Below are positions 56,459 to 64,000 of a DNA stretch of 64,000 nucleotides, piece after piece; position 1 is the stretch's first letter, and the number at the start of each line of letters is the position of its first letter. The translations under genes and the position numbers were made by a program. The notes beneath the pieces are model-generated. The model saw only the letters and a list, made by a program, of their open reading frames with translations. It did not search any database and was not told where the DNA came from. The stretch covers positions 92,240 to 156,239 of the forward strand of contig CAWKKU010000006.1 in NCBI GenBank assembly GCA_963850295.1, read 5' to 3'. This DNA is from Vicinamibacterales bacterium (lineage in GTDB: Bacteria > Acidobacteriota > Vicinamibacteria > Vicinamibacterales > JAMQPK01).

Positions 56459-57752
56459 TTGCCGTCTGTTTTTGACTATGATCTTCCGTTGATGACGGTT
56501 GGACAGGGCGTAGACGAGGGCTACCTGACGCCGGAGCAGATCGCTGCCGTTGCGCGCGAAGGGCTGGCGCCGCTTGCGGTGGACGGCCGCAGAGTGCTGG
56601 TGCTCATTCCCGACGGCACGCGCACGATGCCGATGCCGCTGATGTTCGAGCTGCTCGAGCGGGAGCTGGGCGGGCGGGTCGCGGCGCTCGACTATCTTGT
56701 TGCGCTGGGAACTCACACGCCGATGAACGATGCGCAGCTCAGCGCGCTCGTCGGCCGGCCCGTCGTCAACGGCCGCGCGGGGTCCAGCAACATCTTCAAC
56801 CATCGGTGGGACGATCCCGCCACGTTCGCGCACCTCGGGACCATCCCCGCGCGCGACATCGCCGACATCACGAGCGGGCGCTTGCGTCAGGACGTACCCG
56901 TGGCGCTGAACCGGCGTGCCACCGAATACGATCATGTGCTCATCTGCGGACCGGTCTTTCCTCACGAAGTCGCCGGGTTTTCGGGAGGCACGAAGTATCT
57001 GTTTCCGGGCATAGCCGCGCCGGAAATCATCCACTTCACGCACTGGCTCGGCGCGCTCGTCACGTCTACGGCCTTGCTCGGCACGATCGACACAGCCGTG
57101 CGCGGCGTCATCGATCGCGCGGCCGCGCTGCTCGACACGCCGCTGTCTCTGCTGGCCGTTGTCGTCACGCACGACGGCATCGCCGGTATGTACTGCGGCG
57201 ACGTGCACGCGGCATGGCGGCAGGCGGCAATGCTTTCGGCGCGCCGGCACATCGTCTGGGTGGACGAGCCCTACGACCGCGTGCTCGCGATCATGCCGGC
57301 GATGTACGACGACTTGTGGACGGCCGCGAAGGGCGTATACAAGAGCGAAACGGTGGTGTCGGACGGCGGCGAGGTGATCGTTTACGCGCCGCACGTCGAC
57401 GAGGTCAGCCGCGTGCACGGCAAGGTGATCGACGAGGTCGGCTATCACTGCCGCGATTACTTTCTCGGGCAGTGGGACCGCTTCCGGAGATATCCCCGGC
57501 GGCATTCTTGCCCACTCGACGCACGTCAAAGGGCTCGGGACCTACGACGCGCCGACCGACGTCGAGGAGCCGCGCATCGATGTGACGCTTGCCACGGGAA
57601 TCCCGCGCGAGCGGTGCGATCTCGTCAATCTGGGTTACATGAATCCGGCGCACTTGAACGCGCGCGACTACGAAGGCGATCCCAAAACGCTGGTGATTCC
57701 GCGCGCGGGAGAAATGTTGTACCGAATTGGAAAACCGCCGGCGGCCAGCTAA
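56459..57752 (+). CDS. lactate racemase (LarA) domain-containing protein, one frameshift
   Basis: TTG 56459, or ATG 56492. VLIPDGTRTMP, GTHTPM, HEVAGFSGGTKY and GGILAHSTHV. Frame change near 57487. Reconstructed stop at 57750-57752. Confidence 0.7.
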
Positions 57753-57753
57753 T

Positions 57754-57799
57754 GGCCAGGAGCTGACCGGCTATTCCGGCTGTACTGGCTACTGGCTGG
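57754..57799. repeat. oligomer-repeat element, GGCTAC/CCAGTAGCC family (copy 3 of 3)
   Basis: ggccaggagctgaccggctattccggctgtactggctactggctgg runs into the gnd RBS. Confidence 0.7.
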
Positions 57800-57805
57800 A
57801 GAACG

Positions 57806-59221
57806 ATGACTTACAAGATCGGTGTCGTAGGCCTCGGCGTCATGGGCGCGAACCTCGCGCGCAACATCGCGAGCCGGGGCTTCCCTGTCGCGGGCTACGA
57901 CCTGGACCAGGCGAAGACACAGGCGTTTGCGGCGGGGCAGCCCGCGGATTCCGGAATCGGCAGCGCGAACGCGCCCGACAAGCTCATGGCTGTTCTCGAG
58001 CGGCCCCGGCGTGTGCTCGTGATGGTGCCTGCCGGTGCGGCCGTCGACAGCGTCATCGCGCATCTTCGGCCCCACCTCGAGCCGTCGGACATCCTGATTG
58101 ACGGCGGCAACTCGTATTTCAAGGACACCGACAGGCGGGCGGACGAGCTCGCCGCGGCGGGCTTGCGCTTCGTGGGCATGGGCGTGTCTGGCGGAGAAGA
58201 AGGTGCGCTGCGCGGGCCGTCGATGATGCCCGGCGGACCGCGCGAGGCATGGGACGCCCTCGCGCCGGTTCTTCGCGCGATGGCGGCAAAGGCCGAAGAC
58301 GGCGACCCGTGCGTTGCCTACATGGGCCCGCGCGGGGCCGGCCACTACGTGAAGATGATTCACAACGGCATCGAATATGGCGACATGCAGCTCATCGCCG
58401 AGGTCTACGACGTCCTCAGCCGGGCGGCCGGCATGTCCGCCGCGGAAATCGGCGAGGTCTTCGCGAAGTGGAACGAGACCGAGCTCAAGTCGTATCTCAT
58501 CGAGATCACTGCCAAGGTGCTCGCCCGCATCGACGCGGACAGCGGCAAACACGTCGTCGATCTCATCCTCGACGAGGCACAGCAGAAAGGGACGGGAAAG
58601 TGGATGAGTCAGAATGCGTTCGACGTCGGCGCGCCGATTCCGACGGTGAACGCCGCCGTGGAGGCGCGCCTGATCTCCGCGTTGAAGTCGGAGCGCGTCG
58701 CCGCCAGCAAAGTGCTGAAGGGGCCGGCCCCGTCCGTCGCTGCCGCCACACGCGATGAACTCATATCGGCCTGCCGCCAGGCCCTGTATGCCGCGAAAAT
58801 CACCTCGTACGCGCAGGGTATGGCGCTGCTTCGCCTCGCGTCGGCCGAATACAAATACGACATCGATCTCGCCGAGGTCGCGAGGATCTGGCGCGCCGGG
58901 TGCATCATCCGCGCGGCGCTGCTCTCGGACATCCGCGCCGCGTTCAGCCGGAACCCGTCACTCGTCAACCTGATGCTCGACGAGACTTTCTCGCGGGCGC
59001 TCGCGTCGGGACAACAGGCGCTGCGCGAGGTCGTGCAGACGGCCGTTGCTGCGGGGATACCGGTGCCCGCATTGAGCTCGTCGCTCGCGTATTACGACGC
59101 GTATCGCAGCGCGAGGCTGCCGGCGAATCTCACCCAGGGACAGCGGGATTTCTTCGGCGCACATACATATCGCCGCATCGATCGCGACGGCGTCTTTCAC
59201 ACCGAGTGGGCAACCGCATGA
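57806..59221 (+). CDS. gnd: 6-phosphogluconate dehydrogenase, decarboxylating
   Basis: 471 aa, intact. GVVGLGVMGANLARN, GMGVSGGEEGA, HYVKMIHNGIEYGDMQLI and FFGAHTY. Confidence 0.9.
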   Translation: MTYKIGVVGLGVMGANLARNIASRGFPVAGYDLDQAKTQAFAAGQPADSGIGSANAPDKLMAVLERPRRVLVMVPAGAAVDSVIAHLRPHLEPSDILIDGGNSYFKDTDRRADELAAAGLRFVGMGVSGGEEGALRGPSMMPGGPREAWDALAPVLRAMAAKAEDGDPCVAYMGPRGAGHYVKMIHNGIEYGDMQLIAEVYDVLSRAAGMSAAEIGEVFAKWNETELKSYLIEITAKVLARIDADSGKHVVDLILDEAQQKGTGKWMSQNAFDVGAPIPTVNAAVEARLISALKSERVAASKVLKGPAPSVAAATRDELISACRQALYAAKITSYAQGMALLRLASAEYKYDIDLAEVARIWRAGCIIRAALLSDIRAAFSRNPSLVNLMLDETFSRALASGQQALREVVQTAVAAGIPVPALSSSLAYYDAYRSARLPANLTQGQRDFFGAHTYRRIDRDGVFHTEWATA

Positions 59222-60301
59222 GCGAGCGCGCTCCAGATTCCTTCGAAGGGCGAGATCGATTTCCTGTCATTGGGCGCGCTCGTCCATCGCCTCGATTCCG
59301 GCGTCTATCCGTTTCACAAGGCGAGCACGCTCGCGGTTCACGTGAGCGGGGGAGAGTTCAATACATCCGCGAATCTGTCCGACTGCTTCGGCATGCGCAC
59401 GGCGGTCGCCAGCGCGATGGTCGAATATCCGGTCGGCGATCTCATCAACGAGCGGGTGCGCGCCATGGGCGTGCGCACGTTCTACAAGCGGTTCAAGCAC
59501 GACGGCGCCCGCGGGCCGAATATGGCGACCGTGTACAGCGATCGGGGACAGGGTGTGCGCGCCCCGGTCGTGTTCTACAACCGCAGCAACGAAGCGGCCG
59601 CGCTGCTGAAGCCCGGCGACTTCGACTGGAGTGCGATTTTCGGCTCCGGCGTACGCTGGTTTCACAGCGGCGGGATCTTCGCGGCCTTATCGGAGACGAC
59701 CTCCGAGCTCATCGTCGAAGCGATGCAGGCGGCGAAGAGCCACGGCGCCATCGTCTCGTTCGATTTGAACTACCGGGAAAAGTTGTGGTCGGCCTCGGGC
59801 GGACACAAGCGGGCGCTCGACGTGATGTCGCGCATCGTCAAACACGTCGATGTGCTCGTGGGAAACGAGGAAGACCTGCAGAAAGGGCTGGGCATCCCGG
59901 GCCCGGAGGTGGCGGCCAAGTCGGGGCTGGACTCCGACGCCTTTCTCGCTATGATCGACAACGTCGTCTCCCGTCATCCGCAGATCAAGGTCCTCGCCAC
60001 GACGCTGCGCGAGGTGCATTCCACGAACCGCCACACCTGGAGCGCGGTGGCGTGGGTAGCCGGCAGCGCCTACGTGGCGCCGACGTGCGAGCTCGACGTT
60101 CACGACAGGGTTGGCGGCGGCGACGGGTTCGCGTCGGGGCTGATCTATGGCTTGATGACCGGCGAGACGCCCGAGGAGGCGTTGAAGCTGGGTTGGGCGC
60201 ACGGCGCGCTCGTCACGACGTTTCCGGGCGACACGACGATGGCGACGGTTGACCAGGTGCGGGCGTTTGCGAAGGGCGGCTCCGCCAGAATCCAACGTTG
60301 A
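59218..60301 (+). CDS. PfkB-family sugar kinase, 2-dehydro-3-deoxygluconokinase-like
   Basis: DFLSLGALVHRLD and GGGDGFASGLIYG (PfkB signature). As sequenced, the ORF starts at TTG 59270. ATG 59218 overlaps the gnd stop (ATGA) but needs a frame change near 59240. Confidence 0.75.
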
Positions 60302-60310
60302 GTAGTACGT

Positions 60311-60358
60311 AGTGTCCGGCTTTAGCCGGACCTGAACCGTCCGGCTTCGGCCGGACCG
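60311..60358 (+). terminator. double hairpin (GTCCGGC-TTTA-GCCGGAC, then GTCCGGC-TTCG-GCCGGAC)
   Basis: Begins 10 nt after the kinase stop. The first hairpin is an exact 22-mer copy of 2861-2882. Confidence 0.6.
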
Positions 60359-60367
60359 GAGGCTCCA

Positions 60368-61708
60368 ATGTCCGATCAGAATTTCGTGAACCGGCGCGAT
60401 TTCGTGAAGACCGCGGGCGGCGCCATGGCTGCCACGTCGCTGCTCGGCGCCGACGCGTTTGCGCAGGCACCGTCCGCCCGCAAGCGCTACGCGATCATCG
60501 GCACTGGAGAACGCGCCACCAGCATGTGGGGGCGCCAGATCCGGGAACGGTATTCGGACGTCGATTCAGTTCGTCGGGCTGGCCGACATCAACCCGAAGC
60601 GTGTCGAAGCGTCGAAGGCGCTGATGGGCGTCGATTGCCCGACCTTCACCAACTTCGACGAGATGCTCGACAAGACCAAGCCCGACATCGTCATGGTGAC
60701 GACGAAAGGACTCTTTCCACAGTCAGTACATCGTCCGGGCGCTCGATCGCGGCTTCGACGTCATGACCGAGAAGCCGATGGTCATCGACGAGAAGCAGTG
60801 CCAGGCCGTGCTCGACGCCGAGAAGCGCAACAAGAAGAAGATCATCGTCACCTTCAACTACCGGTTCGCGCCGAAGCACAGGGCCGTGAAGGAAATCCTG
60901 ATGTCGGGCGAGATCGGCAAAGTGCTTTCAGTTGACTTTGCGTGGTACCTGGACGTCTACCATGGCGCGGACTATTTCCGCCGGTGGCACGCGTACAAGA
61001 ACGGCGGCGGGAGCCTCTGGGTGCACAAGGCGACGCACCATTTCGATCTCGTCAACTGGTGGCTGGGCGCGGATCCTGTCGAAGTGACGGCCAACGGCCA
61101 GCTTCAGGTGTACGGCAAGAACGGCCCGTTCCGTGCCGCGAACTGCCGCGTCTGCCCGCACAAGAAAGACTGCCGGTTCTACTACGACCTGAACACCAAT
61201 CCCACGCGCATGCAGGCTGTACGCCGGCGCGGAAGACGTGGACAATTACTATCGCGACGCGTGTGTGTACCGGAACGACATCGACATCTACGACTCCATG
61301 CAGGCGATCGTGAAATATTCGAACGGCGCGACGATGGCCTATTCGCTGGACGCGCATATGCCGTACGAGGGCTTCAGCGTGGCGTTCAACGGCGAGCTCG
61401 GCCGTCTCGATGTGCGCGACTACGAGCGGCAGCCGTGGGAACAGCCGGAAGCGGACGAGACCGAAGTGTATGTGACGAAGAGCTTCGGCCTGCGCAGGCG
61501 CGTGACCTTCGCCAAGGGCGAAGGCGGACACGGTGGCGGCGACGATTTCCTCCGCGATCAGATTTTCCGTCAGGTTCCCGCGCCCGAACACATGAAGGTA
61601 CCCGACTCGCGAGCCGGCGCCATGTCGTGCCTCACCGGCATCGCCGCGCGCAAGAGCATCGAAGAGAAGCGCGCCGTCAAGATCTCGGAGCTGGTCAAGA
61701 TCACGTAG
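60368..61708 (+). CDS. Gfo/Idh/MocA family oxidoreductase with Tat signal, three frameshifts
   Basis: MSDQNFVNRRDFVKTAGGAMAATSLLGADAFA. YAIIGTGERA Rossmann motif, then DVMTEKPMV. Frame changes near 60562, 60707 and 61213 join ORFs 60368-, 60459-, 60763- and 61238-61708. Confidence 0.75.
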
Positions 61709-61851
61709 ACATTGCCAGATTTGCGATTGACGATCGGCAATTGACGCGCGGCCACGCGCTCAGTTTGGCGCCTGTGCGAAGCGGCCGTCTTATGCGATGC
61801 GGTGAAAATCGCATTCAACTCGGACGCTTCGGCGCGATGGGCTGCTACCTC

Positions 61852-62126
61852 TTAGAGGAACGATTGCGCGGCGACCAGCAGGTCCAGCCAGAACTCCGAT
61901 TCGTCGGCCTCTTCAACGACGATCCCGATCTTTGCGATAAACTCGGCGTGCGAGCGCGCCTTACACGCGGCGCGGTAGTTAGCTGCGACTGAGGTGCCTG
62001 CATCAAAGAGTTGTCCTCCAATCCGCCGCCCCTCGAAGTGGATGGCAGCTCTCTCACGAGCAGATGATGCGACCGCAAATTCGAAGTGCGTTTCTTGAGT
62101 TCTTCCGCTTGAATGCTCATGCTCAA
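61852..62126 (-). pseudogene. four-helix-bundle protein (23S rRNA IVS protein family, TIGR02436-like), frameshift plus in-frame stop
   Basis: MSMSIQAEELKKRTSN (62126 frame) shifts near 62070 to FAVASS...GQLFDAGTSVAANYRAACKARSHAEFIAKIGIVVEEADESEFWLDLL. TAA at 61852-61854 is followed in the same frame by family-like ..EASELNAIFTASHKTA. Confidence 0.55.
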
Positions 62127-62219
62127 AACGAGCAGATGTTGTGCCAGGCACGCGAAGCGTCAAGCGCTCCTTCCGGCACGATTACGCAATTGAGTTCATT
62201 CGCTCGACGATTGGCAAAA

Positions 62220-63226
62220 ATGCGGCAAAGTCAATTGAAAATATGGCGTTTCCAACAAGAACTCGGTAAGTCCACTCTCGATCTCACTCCTATCGGCCTC
62301 GGCGCGTGGGCTATCGGCGGCGACTGGCGGTTCGGCTGGGGGCATCAGGACGATGCCGATTCGATCGCGACGATACGGCATGCGGTCGACATCGGTCTGA
62401 ACTGGATCGATACGGCCGCCGTGTACGGCCTCGGGCATTCCGAGGAAATGGTCGGGCGAGCGTTGGCGACGTGCCGCGCGAGTCGCGGCCGTATGTGTTC
62501 ACGAAGTCCAGTCTCGTCTGGGATGACGCAGCGAAATGTCTTCCACAGCCTGCGCGCACTCATCGATTCGCCAGGAAGTCGAGCAGAGCCTGCGGAGGCT
62601 GCAGACGGAGCGCATCGATCTGTACCAGATTCACTGGCCGGCGTGGCCGGCGAGTCCGGAAGGGCACGACCCGGGGACCATCGAAGAAGCGTGGAGCACG
62701 ATGTTGCGTTGAGAGACGAAGGGAAGGTCGCCTTCGTCGGCGTGTCGAATTTCGACGTCGCGCAACTGCAGCGTATTTCGCGCATCGAGACGCCGACCAG
62801 CCTGCAGCCGCCGTATTCGATGCTGCGACCCGAGATCGAGGCGGATCTCCTGCCCTATTGCGCCGGAGCACAACATCGGCGTGATTCCGTATTCACCGAT
62901 GCAGTCGGGGCTGCTCACCGGAACGATGACGCGTGAGCGGGTCGCGTCGCTGCCCGCGAACGACTTCCGGCGGGGAAGCCGGTTCTTTCAGGAGCCGATG
63001 TTCTCGAAGGCGCAGGCGATCGTCGAGCGGCTCCGTGCCGTTGGCGAGAAACACGGCCGCACTCCGGGCGAGGTGGCGATTGCGTGGACGCTGAGGCACC
63101 CTGCGATCACGGCGACGATCGTCGGTGCGCGAAAGCCCGCGCAGATCGATCAACTGATCGGCGCCGCCACGTTTCGGTTGAGTCCGGACGAGGTGAGAGC
63201 TCGACGCAGCGCTCGCGGCCGCCTGA
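62220..63226 (+). pseudogene. aldo/keto reductase, at least six frame changes and one premature stop
   Basis: Family motifs are scattered over three frames: LGLGAWAIGG, DTAAVYGLGHSEEMVGRAL, IDLYQIHWP, GKVAFVGVSNF, LQPPYSML and IPYSPMQSGLLTG. Switches lie near 62463, 62530, 62565, 62705, 62866 and 63195. Confidence 0.75.
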
Positions 63227-63241
63227 GCGCGGATCCTTTGC

Positions 63242-63280
63242 GTTCGTGCTTTCGTGTCTTCGTGGTGATGTCTTCGTGGT
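63242..63280. repeat. CTTCGTG-family array
   Basis: gttcgtgctttcgtgtcttcgtggtgatgtcttcgtggt abuts the uxaC stop. Confidence 0.8.
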
Positions 63281-64000
63281 TATAGTGTCAGTCCGAAGAA
63301 CCGCTCCGCGTTCTTGTAGCAGACCTTCTCGACCAGCTCCCCAACCAGCTTCACGTCGTTCGGCAGCTCTCCGCTCTCCATTTCACGGCCGAGCAGATTG
63401 CAGAGTACCCGGCGGAAATATTCGTGGCGTGGATACGACATGAACGAGCGCGAGTCGGTAAGCATGCCGACGAAGTGCGAGAGCAGCCCGTTGTTGGACA
63501 GCGCGTTCATCTGCCATTCCATCGCTTCCTTCTGATCGAGAAACCACCAGCCGCTGCCGAACTGGATTTTCCCGGCGCTGCTGCCGTCCTGGAAGTTGCC
63601 GATCATCGTCGCGAACGCATAGTTGTCGGCGGGATTCAGGTTGTACAGGATCGTTTTCGGCAGCGCGTTGTCCCGCGCCAGCCTGTCGAGATAGCGGCCG
63701 AGCGCGTCGATCTGCGGAAGGTCGCCAATCGAGTCGTAGCCTGTATCGCGTCCGATCGTGTGGAACGCGCGGGTGTTCGCGTTCCGCCGCGCTCCCAGGT
63801 GCAGCTGCTTCGTCCAGCCCTTCCCGGCGTCGAGATGGCCGAAGAACACCATCATGTAGGAGGCAAACGCCTCACGTTCCTGTGGCGTCGCGGCGCTCCC
63901 GGCGCGCGCTTTGGCGAAGATCGCCGTCGCCTGCGCGTCGGTGCAGTCGGCAGCGTATGCCTGATCGAGCCCGTGATCAGACAGGCGGCCGCCGAAATCG
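63280..64000 (-). CDS. uxaC: glucuronate isomerase, C-terminal part (gene continues beyond window end)
   Basis: WTKQLHLGARRNANTR, ILYNLNPADN, QFGSGWWFLDQ and MLTDSRSF are UxaC motifs. The frame stays open upstream of M at 63855 to position 64000. Confidence 0.85.
   Translation of the reverse strand, partial: DFGGRLSDHGLDQAYAADCTDAQATAIFAKARAGSAATPQEREAFASYMMVFFGHLDAGKGWTKQLHLGARRNANTRAFHTIGRDTGYDSIGDLPQIDALGRYLDRLARDNALPKTILYNLNPADNYAFATMIGNFQDGSSAGKIQFGSGWWFLDQKEAMEWQMNALSNNGLLSHFVGMLTDSRSFMSYPRHEYFRRVLCNLLGREMESGELPNDVKLVGELVEKVCYKNAERFFGLTL

Noticed and set aside
1-64000. Mobile genetic element, prophage or genomic-island boundaries
   Set aside because: I found no integrase, transposase, recombinase, phage structural gene, tRNA attachment site or long terminal inverted/direct repeat. 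Composition looks uniform by eye.

Overview
High-GC (about two-thirds G+C by eye) bacterial chromosomal window. The gene content looks acidobacterial: VWFA proteins of the TIGR03436 type, a CarboxypepD_reg-fused TonB-dependent receptor and a PEP-CTERM protein. All family calls rest on motif recognition from the translated ORFs; no database search was possible. I call about 64 protein-coding genes and see no rRNA, tRNA, CRISPR array, transposase or integrase. The centrepiece is a complete Tad/Flp pilus locus on the minus strand (14.6-26.7 kb). Its order is two flp pilins, cpaA, cpaB, cpaC, cpaE/tadZ, cpaF/tadA, tadB, tadC, a non-canonical AAA+ ATPase, two TadE-like pseudopilins and a TadG-like vWA protein. 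Divergent from the pilins is an uncharacterised, translationally coupled operon (27.1-30.6 kb). It encodes a 2-TM peptide, a 966-aa pseudo-receiver/coiled-coil/TM/3xPEGA protein and a DUF192 protein. Near-identical sigma54-type -24/-12 motifs face both operons. Other blocks are a tightly coupled minus-strand operon joining a split PEP-synthase-like water dikinase, an HD-like protein and a three-subunit molybdenum hydroxylase (41.8-48.5 kb), a sugar-acid utilisation island (51-64 kb: TBDR, LarA-like, gnd, KdgK-like, Gfo/Idh/MocA, AKR, uxaC), an orphan SLATT-like 2-TM protein, and duplicated VWA and MBL paralogs. Two window-wide properties stand out. (1) About 45-50 apparent 1-nt frameshifts break about 28 otherwise recognisable genes, so many long ORFs in the six-frame track are chimeras. 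This is probably assembly indel error, but pseudogenisation cannot be excluded. (2) Nearly every intergenic region carries low-complexity elements built from degenerate 7-8-nt tandem units. They fall into a few recurring families, and several fold into long hairpins. Coordinates of frameshifted genes span the reconstructed gene. Exact starts are often uncertain.
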